Assembly (NCBI GenBank): GCA_018824145.1
Contig: JAHJHC010000041.1
Location: 1 to 55,211 of the forward strand
Length of the DNA stretch: 55,211 nt
Reading direction: 5' to 3'
Origin: Candidatus Omnitrophota bacterium
GTDB taxonomy: Bacteria > Omnitrophota > Gorgyraeia > Gorgyraeales > Gorgyraeaceae
Within the stretch, counting starts at the first letter, position 1, and each line of letters opens with the position of its first letter. Below, piece by piece: positions 1-11,700 of this stretch. The position numbers and the translations under genes are program-made. The notes under the pieces are model-generated. The model worked only from the letters and a program-made list of their open reading frames with translations, was not told the origin of the DNA and did no database searches.

Positions 1-46
1 AGCAGGGAAGGCAGATTTACTCAGCAGTATTAGTCCGGATGTAATT

Positions 47-2700
47 ATGGGTGTAGTTGGAGTTATGGTGTTAGTTGGTGGACTAGTAGTATTAGGTAAT
101 TATGTACGCAACTATTACATCAGATCCGATCTTGCAAAAGCCAGAAGCCTGACCAAAGAAGCACATGAAAGTATCACAAAATCCCAAGGTGCTTCTGACA
201 ATAGAGCCGCCAGGAAGGGATATATTAAATATGCGATGCGGTTATATGAAGAAGCAATTGATTATTATAGACATGCATTTGAGTTAGCCTCAAAAGGCCA
301 GAGAGATAAGATAAGGGCAGAATTAAATCATATCGGAGATGATTTATTCTATAAATACGACCTTAAAGACCTGTATGCGTGGTTCAGGAGCCATCCTGCT
401 AATCCTGTATCGCCAATCAAAGCCCGGCCTTCTTTAATAAGTTCAGCATCAGGGAGGACGTTGAAAGGCGTATCTTTACCAAGGTTACCAGGTAAATCCG
501 TTATTATGTGGATAGTAGGAAGTTCAATGCTATGTGGAGTTCTTAGTTTGGTCACAAGGGTGTATGAGCAAGTTCAGGGTATAAGTACCCCGCTGCCTGG
601 TTACGTTGAGGGCATTGTTGGTGTTGGCAGTGAGGTTGGCAGGGTTATCGATATCAGTTTTTCTTCTGTAGTTTTGTTTATTTTAATAATTGTCCCAACT
701 TTCATTTTTGTTATCCTTTTATTGACTGCAAGTCAAAGGTTTAACTTTGCAAAAAAGATATTTACAAAAGCCGGCAAGATAGCAGGTGTGGAAAGGATTA
801 TAGGAACGCCGGATCCAAATGTGCTCTCAAATCCTGATTTGTTTCAAGAAGCACTTGACCGAGGAGAATATCCCTTTATACGCGGATTGCCCTTTTTGCC
901 GCTTTTTATAAAGGAGAAGTTATTCGAGTATGTTTCCGACAGCCTTAATATAGGTACTTTCGTACAGGGACAAATAAGTATAGCTGCCAATAAAGGCATC
1001 TTTTTCATTAAATGTGTACTTGGAGTGCTTATTTTAGGAGGAGGGGCAGGCCTTCTAGTTACTCTAGCAACATTCAGCCCGGAATTTATTCAAGATGCTG
1101 CTTCAAAACCTCTCCTTTGGATTGGAGGAATGACAGCTTTGACGGTATTGAGCATGATCAGTGCTTTGATAAATGGCTTATATAGTATGGCGAATAGAAG
1201 AACCCCGGCAGGTGTATCATTAAAAGCGAGAAAGCCGTATGATTTGGCACAGATCGCAGCCGAAAAACAAAGATTAGCAAATAAAGCATCCCCTAAGGCA
1301 TTGGCTGCAGCAGGAATTTTAGCCGTGATAGGGATAGCAAGCTACATTCTTTCAGACGGGGATGCTACTGATACAATATATGCCATTGTCCTGAGTTTTC
1401 TTCCGGTTTCAGTTATTTTATACTCATCTGTGTTTGGTAAATTTATGAAGCACAAGGAGAATATCTCTGGCATTATGAAATTTATAGGATTTATTCTTCC
1501 GATTGGGAAAAAACATGTAGACTCAGCTTTTGATATTCAAACAATAGCAGGCCCTGGTCGTTACGATACAGGACACGGCCAGGCAATTCAGAAAGGATTA
1601 AATCGTGTATGGATTCCTTTTAGCGTGGGTACAGTAACGGCGGTGGGAGGATTGCTTATAAAGGTTTTAATTGATACCCCGGATAAACTTAGTAAGGCAC
1701 TTTTGGGGGTATCAAATGGATTAATATGGTCTGGTGTGTTAATAGGGATCTTTTTGTTAATGGGGGGATTCTATGCTTGGCTTGGACAGAAGAATTTTGA
1801 GCTTGAAAGTCTGACTGACAGAGCAAAATATACAGGTTCCGATACTAAGCAGACTATTGTGCCTCTTCACAGAAGTCAAAGGATTGTTTTAGTTTTCGTA
1901 GGTATTGTGACAGCCGTTAGTATGGCGCTGGTTGCCATGGAACAGCTTACTGTGAGAGAAGCCATGTTTATTATTGTACCCTTTGGAGTATTGGGTCTTT
2001 TATCCATCATAGGATTGGGTATAGGCGTACTCTTTTATAGAGGTAGCGGTTTTCTTACGCAGCGGCGGGCCTTAATCAATGCCAGGAAGATAGGAGGCTC
2101 CATTTTCGCGAGGACACATTTTACTTTTGCACTTATTGGTATTCTAGTTGTGGCAGGCCTTACGGCTTCAGGTTATATAATGGGATGGTGGGGCAGATCC
2201 AGCAGTGGTATTGCTGATGTTTTTTCAAAGGATATTAGCGGATGGGGATGGTTAGGATTGGGATTAATAGGAGCGTTAGCAATCGGGTTATTTTTCAAGG
2301 TTATTTGTGAGAGGATTAGTAGAAGTAGTACTTTAGGTAAGATAACAGTCGGATTAGCAGCTGCGGCAGGGGCTATTGTGTTATGGGGCCCTAAAGCAGC
2401 AGAGAAGATTTCAGGCATAGTTTCTTCTATTGGCAGCGGTGGTGCGTTGGAAGCTGTAGCCCCTACACTAAATCAGGCAGACTCAATAGGAATAGCTATT
2501 GTGGCAGTACTTGTATTGTTGACTGTTGTAATGGTTTTTACGGTAGGAAGACGTAGCGGAGTTGGGTGCCTTATCGTACTTATTGCAATAACAGCTGTAG
2601 GTGCAGCGGTTGCTGCTCCATACTTAAGTGAGCTGTTAGATAAGGTGTTAGGTCCTGGCGGGCTTAGCATGATGCTGGGTCCCCTTGGCCTTGGTTTGGT
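47..2700 (+). other. N-terminal polytopic membrane region of the giant ORF (about 17 hydrophobic helix-length segments by eye)
   Basis: Successive 18-26-aa hydrophobic stretches separated by short polar or basic loops, e.g. [77 protein letters not shown]. Confidence 0.7.
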
Positions 2701-5700
2701 GGGTGCGGTAGTGGGCAGTAGTAGAGATTATTATAATGTTTTAGGAGTAGATAGGACTGCATCCAATAAGGAAATTAAGAGAGCCTATCGTAGAATAGCC
2801 AGAAGAACGCACCCTGATGTAAATCCAGGGAATCCGCAAGCAGAGGCGCGCTTTAGGGAAGCCAATGAAGCTTATGAAGTGTTGGGGGATGAAGAAAATA
2901 GAACACTATATGATAGATTAGGTCATGGTAGCTACTCCTCGACTCGCCGGAATCAATCAACCTCTTGGATGGGATGGCAGCCTCATTCCTCAGCAACACG
3001 AGGAAGTCAGCCAGGTTTTGATACAGGAGCTGCAGCTATGTATACCGTCGATCAACAAATGATGGATGAATCTAGGGATAGAGTTCGTCAACAGATGCGT
3101 GCAGCTATGGCTGGATTCAGTCAACAGATGTATGAAGCTACGGCTAGATTCGATCAACAGAAGGCTGCAGCTATGACGTATAGTTCAATGTGGAAATTTT
3201 TAGGAGGTGCTGGCAGTAGCGCTAATCATACCTCTCTTGAAAGTTTGGTTAAGAGATTATGGACATCTTGTACTGCCACTGGTTCAGGATACCGCGGCGT
3301 TGATCAAGAACTTATTTCAGGACTAGTCGGATACATAGATCTCCCGGAAGTACAGGAGGTATTAATGGCTGCATTCTTTCATGATATTCAACGCAGCATT
3401 AATCTTATATCTCGACTTGAAGTAGAGATGATTGCTTACATCTTTGATCTGGTTTCTGAAGTTAAAGATGACGATGTTTTAGATAATGTTGGCTCGATCT
3501 TCAGTGGACTGGGACCAGACTTGGCTTGGAGTATCTTTGTTTGCCAAGACGGAGAAGGACAAAGGATTATTTCAGATAGAAGTCTGGGAATAATATTTAA
3601 GAGGATGGAAGTCGCTTCTTTAGGAGAAGTGTTAAGAAGGGTTGATAGCAGCCTTGAAGCATATTCATTGGATTATTCTTTAGGGGAACAATTAACAAGG
3701 CGTGACATAGATCTTGTAGCAGAATTATTGAGTATTAAGCAAATTGCCCCTAAGTTAGTTGTGGATATCCTTGATTATTTTGACTCCAGAGGCGATTCGA
3801 TATGGTCAACGCAGGTTTTGGAGAGCATGGAATCTAGGCGCATCGCTGAGATAATGAATGCCTACCTTAGAAAGGTTTTCGGGAACACAATGAGATTATC
3901 AGACAGAGAACAAACCAGATGTGCAGGGATTCTAGGTAAATTACCTGGGGCTTTACTTTTCGATGTTCTCCCATTACTGGAAAGACGATTTTCTTGCACC
4001 ATGGCACCCGGTGAACCCGCCGAAAAAACTCCTCAACCTTCTCATTCATTCGCTGCAGGTTTGTTTGGACTAGGCGCAATTTTAAATAATGCCCAGGAGG
4101 CCCTGACAGGAGTTAATTCTAGTTCTATTTTATCAGGACTGACGCAACATGTGCCAGGCTTAGGCCCTTCCTCCATTAACTGGCAGACTCTAGCGGTGGG
4201 CGTGTTGATAGGTGGGGTGGTGGCGTTGTTGGTATTACTAGCTATTCAGGTGCGTCGGATTTATCAACGCAAGGCCGATAGGGAAGCAAGAGTTAATGAT
4301 ACGGAACAAGTCAGGGAGGTTATTGTCTACACCGCATCATCGGATGTGGAGTATTGCCTGTTTAGGGGGCCTACGCAGTTTCCTGTAGAAGGGCAGATAT
4401 TTGGAACTACACACTCTGTCAATCCAGATGAGCCCTTGCATCGAACACTTTATGCTTTGGGTGATATAGGTAGAAGCAGAGACGAAGGTTATTCATACAG
4501 TCAGATGAGGAGAGTTGACTCTAGCGGAGATAGTAGAACTTATTATTCTACAACTTCTAAAGATAGAGAGGAAGTTAGGGCTTTAGTATGTTCAGAGCCT
4601 GGACTTCTTGCTGAATTATTACGCCGTGAAGCAGCGGATCCAGACTACTGGGGTAAATGGAGGAGTGACTGGAGGATTACTATCCGCGATGTGATTGATG
4701 TCGTTGTTCGCCATGCAGAGATGGAAGATGAGCTTATTGAGGCATTACAGGGGTTAGGATTTAAGGATTGGCGGGAGTATATAAAACACTGGAGGAGCGA
4801 AGATGGCCGCCCTGATTCAGAAGGACTTTTTAGAGAGATAGCGAGATCCACTCATAGGTTTTTTATGGATTTTACTGATGGTGAAAACCCGGCATGTCCG
4901 GATTCGGTTATAAGAGAAGATGAAGGGACCGGATCTATATGTTTGCAATTTGGCGATGATGTTATTTCTCTTGTTGAAGCAGGTGTTTCTGTAGAGAAGA
5001 TGGAGTCGGATGGTGAGGTATATTATGTGGAACGTAAAATATCACCGACGAATATAGGAGGATTCTTTATCGTTATTCTCGGAGGTCTTTTAGCAGGCAT
5101 TGAAAATGATGTGAATGATGCACTTGATAGGCTGGATAATGCTTTGAAAAGGTATGAAGAACTTACGAAACATAAAGGATTTTCTTTCCAGTGGTACACT
5201 GCCGAAGGAGAGCCATGTAAAGAAACGAGATGGATAAAAGGAGAGGAAAAAGAAGGTTTCTGGGTATCGACCGTAGATTCAGGACTTTATGCAGCATTTG
5301 CAATACAAGCAATGGGACTCTTGAGGGAGATATCTTCAAGCTACCCTGGATATAGGGACAGGATAGATGGAATAGTACAACGGCTTGATAGGACAGTGCA
5401 GGAGATGCGATGGGATATATTGTATGATGGAAAGGATAATGGGGATAATAAAGCGTTTTTTACAGGAGGATTGCTTACTGGAGAAGGAGAATTTTTAATT
5501 CCAGAGAATGCTCATTACGATATGATTAGCGAGGTTTTGTTGGCCATTATAGTTGGTATACTTACTGGATATGTGCCAGAGGAATGCTTTACTCATCTTT
5601 GCAGATGGGTGGACCCGGAGAAAGTGCCTCTGCCAGAAGATTCTCATATTGGTACGTGGGATGGTACTACGTTTGCTTGGGCATTGTCGTATTTATTGAT

Positions 5701-8700
5701 AGATATATTAAAGACCCATCCATTAATGCAACAATCATTAAAACAGCTTGTTGTACTGCAGGATAGAGATGCGAGAGAAATGGGAGAACCTCTTGCGCGG
5801 TCTGAAAGTTGTTATTTGGTGCATGATGATAATGGTAGAGCTATTGAGAGGTATGGGGCTATAGGAAGTAGGCGTATAGCTGCAAATAATAGAGATTCAG
5901 AACTCTTGGCAGAAGGATTGCCAGCGTCGGCCTATTCAGCTGGGTTAACATTAGTAACGAGTCCTGTGTTTAAGGAAATAGCATATAAAGTCTACCTGGA
6001 TTTTATTTGGTATGTAGCACAGGGCAACTATGATCCGAAATATGGTTTCGGAGATTCAATGGATTCAGACAGACGTTTAGCTAATCATCAGGCATGGCTT
6101 TTTATGGCGTTATTGCCGTATATTCTTGAAAATAGGAAAATAATTGATGATGCTTTTCTTAGTCACCCGTGGAATCGTGAAGGAGCAATTGCCCAGGGAG
6201 ATTTTGTAGTAGGCTTATTAAATGGCGATACTGACGGAAGGGCAAGGCTTGTAATGGATGCGATGAAAGAGTGTGGAGTTATAACAGCCGAAGGGCGCTA
6301 CACAGTACCTCAAGGTGGAGAGATCAGGGCTGTTCAGGGCGAACTTCAAAAGGCGCTTGTTAGTAAAGGGATAGAAGACTTAGATGCTGGAGAGGTAATA
6401 GCCTTTGTGTTAAAGAGAACTCAAGAGAAAAAAGGTAGGCTTGATGGGGAAGAAGGTTTACTTTATAGAGACCCTCGAGAATTGCCGTTATTGCTAGGTA
6501 GAAATGAGGATGGAAGTATTATGAGGGAATGGGGAGAGGTCAGACAACCCGGAGGTGTAGCTGAAACCTTAGCAGCTGTTAGTGGTTTCAGTACCTTAAG
6601 CCAGTTGCCGAATTTTCTTGGAGGAGCTCAGGATTTTCCTGACATTTCATCTAGCTGGCCGACTCTCCAGGGTTTCTTTGAACAGGCATCTGACTTGGTG
6701 AGGTTGAATCAGGAAGGGGTATTGGCAATACTAGCAGTGTTGCTGGCGGTTGTTATAGTAACAGGCATAGTAATAGCAGCATTAATTCTAATAACTCGGG
6801 TCCTTCATACTTATAGGACCCGGGAGACTGAAACCCAGTCGGTTTCACCTGAAGAAAGGATTCCTTCTGGTGTATCTCTTGAGTTAAGGGACGGATTTTT
6901 AAGATTTTTAAGAGAGACATTTATTGAAGGTGTACATGTAACAGCTGATCGTATATGGCAGGAAATGCCTGAAGATCTTAGAGGGAGTATTCCAGAAGAA
7001 ATGATGCTGGTTATTTTGCAAGACGTTTCTCGCTCAGGTGATATTTTAAGATTGACTATTGAGGGAGTAGAAGTTTATCTTTTGATGGACCTGGAGCGTG
7101 TTACAAGTGAAAGCTCGATCATTAAGAGAATATTGGGAACGCCTTTTTATACTGGCACAGGCGGAGGTATGGCTGATATTCTGAGAAGCGGCCACTGGAC
7201 ATTTTTACCTCTAAATGTACGCGGTCGTTATCTAAGAGAGTTATATGCAGGCCTCACGTTAAAGGAACAGGCAGTTGTAGACTTATTTATTGACGCATAT
7301 GTAAGTATGGCAAGGACATTGCCTGAGGGATTAAGGGACCAAGTGCCAGAAGAGTTAAGAGAAAGTTATACTGATGACTTTCTCGATGATTTTCTTTCAG
7401 AGGAAAATCTGGAAAGGCTATGGCAAAAGAGGTGCCGTATCTTATCAGAAGAGGATTATAGTCAAGCACCAATGGATAAAGAAAAGTTCAAACAAAGTTT
7501 TGCTGCTTTAATAGAAGATACAGATAAAGTTAAGACGTTGCTTTCCGCATTAAATAAGGGATTTGAGTCTCTGCGCCAGGACATGCCCAATGTAAAGACC
7601 TATAGAGAAAGGGATGGGTTGGTCCATGGTATAGAAGAGTCAATGTATGCGGCGATTTCTGATTTAGTGGATATACAGTATCCATCAGGTTCCCCGCGGC
7701 CTGATTCGTTACGTATACCTAATAGGGAAGATGATTTTTACGGCAGGATGTGTCGTTTCTATGCAGAGATATTTGCCATGGCTTACGAGCCTACTTATGT
7801 AGCTAAGCCGACTTTTGCTTTATACTGTGTAGCAGAAAGGCTGAGGCAGGAGATATTTGGTTTGGAAGATTTTTTTGAGATGGAAAAATACAGGGCGAAT
7901 TCGGCAGCGTTGGAAATATTCTCTGCATTTCATGATGAGTTAAAACCGTTCTCAGGATGGGATATTCCTGAAGATGTTCAGAGCTCTCCTTTAGGTGCGT
8001 ATAGAGAAAAACTTCCAGTAGTGCAAAAGCTCTGGGATAGATACGGAGCAGATTTGACTCTGAAACAGCCTGATTATTATATACGCAGGTTGGTGTGGAT
8101 GCATAGAAAATTGGAGAGGTTGTCTTTGCTTTGTGCAATAGCAAATGCTATGGATTTCGGTGACCCTAAGTTCCAGCAAGAGGCGCAAGAAGCAGGGTTT
8201 GATGAAAAGGCATGGATGGTAGATAAGATAGAGGAGGGGCTTGAAAAAGGCTTTTACGAGAGCGACATTGATGAATTTTTTGAGATCGTAGGCGCTGCCA
8301 AATTGGAATTTGAAAGAGTAAAAGAAAATAATGGTTGGTCTGATGATGATGAGAGGATTGATGACAGCAAACGGCCCAAGATAATCATATTGACTGACAA
8401 TGCAGGCGAGACAGTCTTGGTCATGTTACTGGTTGGATTTTTATTAGCACTTGGTTTTAATGTTGTTATTGCCAGCCGCGATGTACCTGTAATAAATGAT
8501 ATGACTCGAGAGGATAGCAAATCATTACTCGAAGAATTCAGAGAAAGAGGATATTTTAAGAAATACGGCGAAGAGCGGCTTAAGGTGATTTCGTCCGGTG
8601 CAGCTATGTTTGCCACTCCACCTGCTGACTTAAGCACAGAGTTTTTAAGAGAATATAATGATGAAAATACTGTCTGTGTCTTTGCCATGGGACAGGGTAA

Positions 8701-11700
8701 TATGGAAAGTCTATGGCAGGGCGAGTGGCGTGAAAAAGCATGTATACATTGTTTGACACTAAAAGACTCGTTAAAAGTATGGGGCCTTCAAAACATCCCT
8801 TCTCACTCACCATTGCTGCTGGTTAATCTGCCTATACGACCAGAAGATATAATAATGGCAGATAAAGAGGTTTCAGGTGAGACAGTTTGTCTGAAAGACC
8901 GGCCAGACCTTATAGCAGTTTTAAGAGCAAAAGGTGTAACTATTATGGGTGACGAAAATATTTATATTTATCCTGAAGAATTCCAGGGACCTTTAGTAGA
9001 AGGCATAGCAGATTGTTTTGAATCAAAAGGGATTGTTTTAGATGCCTCGACTGGCCTGATTTATTTAGGCCGATGTGCTATAGGAAAAGATACGCATATA
9101 GACGGAAGAGGTGGTGTAGTCATTAGACGAGGGACAGCAGTTGGCAGAGCTTGCCGTGTTGCAAATGCAGTACTGATTAATGCCGAGATTGGAGATGGAG
9201 AAAAAGTTCGAAGAAGAGTGATTATAGGTAGAGGCCCAGATGAAAAGCGTTTTCGTCGTGGACGATCCGGAGAAGTTATGTCCACTATGGGTCTTGCGAC
9301 AATAGGCCTGCAGCCACTTTCTGTCAATAAAACCCTTTATAATAAACTCGTAGCTAACGGCGTTAGGATAGAGGGGGAACTCAGCACTATTTATATTGCT
9401 GATGGAGTTGAAATAGCGCCGGGTACAGTAATACATTCACACGTTGTCTTATTAGGCCAGACTGTAGTTGGACGAAATGTGGTGCTTAATCCGCTTGTGT
9501 ACTTAGTTGATACACAGGTAGAGGAAGAATGTAAGTTATCAAGGGTTACGGCAGCAAATTGCAGATTCTATCCAAGAGTTAACATTGATGATATTCCGTT
9601 ATTGCGGGACGAGCAGGTTTATCCTTATGGGAGTGTCCCTGAAGGAAGAGAGATCATTGGTTTTGTTGTTGATCCTGCGTTAGAGAAAGGTGAAAAAGGC
9701 ATAATGGGGGTAAGATGTAGAGACCGGGCTGCTCTTTCACGTTTTAGTCTAATTAGTAGGAGGGCCAGGCATTTATCTTTTGGTGAGATTAAAAGAGCAG
9801 GTGAAGAAGCGAAGGTAATCGATATGTTATTAGAGCAGGCAAGGTTGGGTGTTTATGTGGCCAGTGACTTGTTGTTAAGGTTGAATAAAGATAGGCAATT
9901 TACTGATGAGTTTGGCGATAGAATTATGGAAACGATTGAAATGGTCGTTAAAGACCCGATGTTAGATGACTTTACTTTACATCAGGTTAAGGCATTTATT
10001 GGACAGATTATCTGGGTCTATGCAAAGTCACCCTTTCAACTGATAAAGAGAGAAGAAGATGAAAAGGTAATAGAGGTTGCAGAGGTTTTAATAGGTACTC
10101 TAGATAAAACTCAGGATGCCGGAAAGAGGTTAGAGCTAGCCATAAAGATATCTGCATTGTCCAATATCAGTATATTTGACAGGTTTATACCAGAGGATGC
10201 GGATGATGAACTGAGTTTTGCAGTAAGAAAATTCAGCTCAGTTGTTGCTTCTATACGTGAGGGCAAAATTACGGATGAACTATTAAATTTAATTGCAAGT
10301 AAGGCGTACATAGCCGTGGATGAGGCAGAGGATATCGTCGAGCGATTACTGGTAGTGCCAGAAGGGGAGAGACAAAATAAGACCGTAATCTTCAATATAA
10401 ATAATGCCGGAGAGGTCATCTATAATATGGTTTTAGTACGGGAGGTCTTAAGACTCGGCTACAAGGTAGTTATTTCAGCTAACGAGGGGCCAATCGACGA
10501 TAATTACGATGTAAGAGATTTGAGCGAATTACTCCAGCATCCGAAAGTAAGAGAAGAGAACTTTTTAGGAGAGTTTCTAACTGATGGCAGAATAAGGATG
10601 GTTTCTAACGGGTCAGTATCTCCAGGTCTGGATTTGAGTGATCTAAGCAGGGAGTTTCACGGGATAGCTACTGATAAAGATACTATAATGATGATATCTG
10701 TGGGCTATTCCTTGGCAAGAGATGCTCTCACAGAAAGCTTACCTTTGGATGCAGCATATCTATGTTGGGCAAAAGATCTTAAAGACCCCAGTGTTTTTCA
10801 AAGAGCAGGTCTAGAAATTAAGAGGGGCTGGGCAATGGCCAGTTTTGTAGGTAAAGGTGGACAGACTGCCCTGAGTAGAAAGTTGTCTTTGGAGATAAGG
10901 CATCTTGTCTCTCAGGTGTTCGGGCTTATTGGCTTATCAAGATTAGTGCGAGAAATAGCTGAAGGCCATAGTATTGAAAGCGTTGCAGGATTAGATTTAA
11001 AAGATAGCTTGGTCAAAGCGCTAACCTTTTTCGCTAAATCAGGAGTATATAGCCAGGAAGAGATAAGCAGCTTTTTAACGCCAAAACTTATTTTTATAGA
11101 AGGAGATGAAGCTATTGATGTTGCCTATAGAAGACAATTAGAGCAAAGAAAAGAACTTCTATTTAGAATTAGAGATTGGCATGCTGAGTTCAATAAGCTT
11201 ATAAATGGCTTAATTAGCATAGAAACATATCTAAATGGGTTGGCTCAGGACAGAAAGAAACCAGATCCTGAGACAGTAATCGCAGTTATCCAGAGAAGGT
11301 TAGGTTTGTCTGGATCTGAAGTCGCGGCCTTACAAAAACGTATTACACCTTCATTGCACAAAAGAAGATATGATGTTCTTCTTTATGAGATCTTAATATT
11401 TGTCTTCTCTAACAGATATCCACGTATGACAACAATAGTAAATTTGAGAGAAGTAATAGAGGAATTCAGGGTCTACGAGATTCCTTTGGCAGTTGCTCTA
11501 CCTTATCTCAGCCGCACGGTTTCTGCATTGGCCGTATCTGAAAGTGAGTTTGAGAGTATCTTACAAGAAGAAGATTATTTTGATAAAGTTTTTGCTGGAA
11601 AGCTCGACGCTGCGATATCTGGTGATAGTAGGGTGTCTTTACAGGAGAGGTTAGTATCGGCTAAAAGTTATGTTAGAAACCATATTGTTACTGATAGAAG

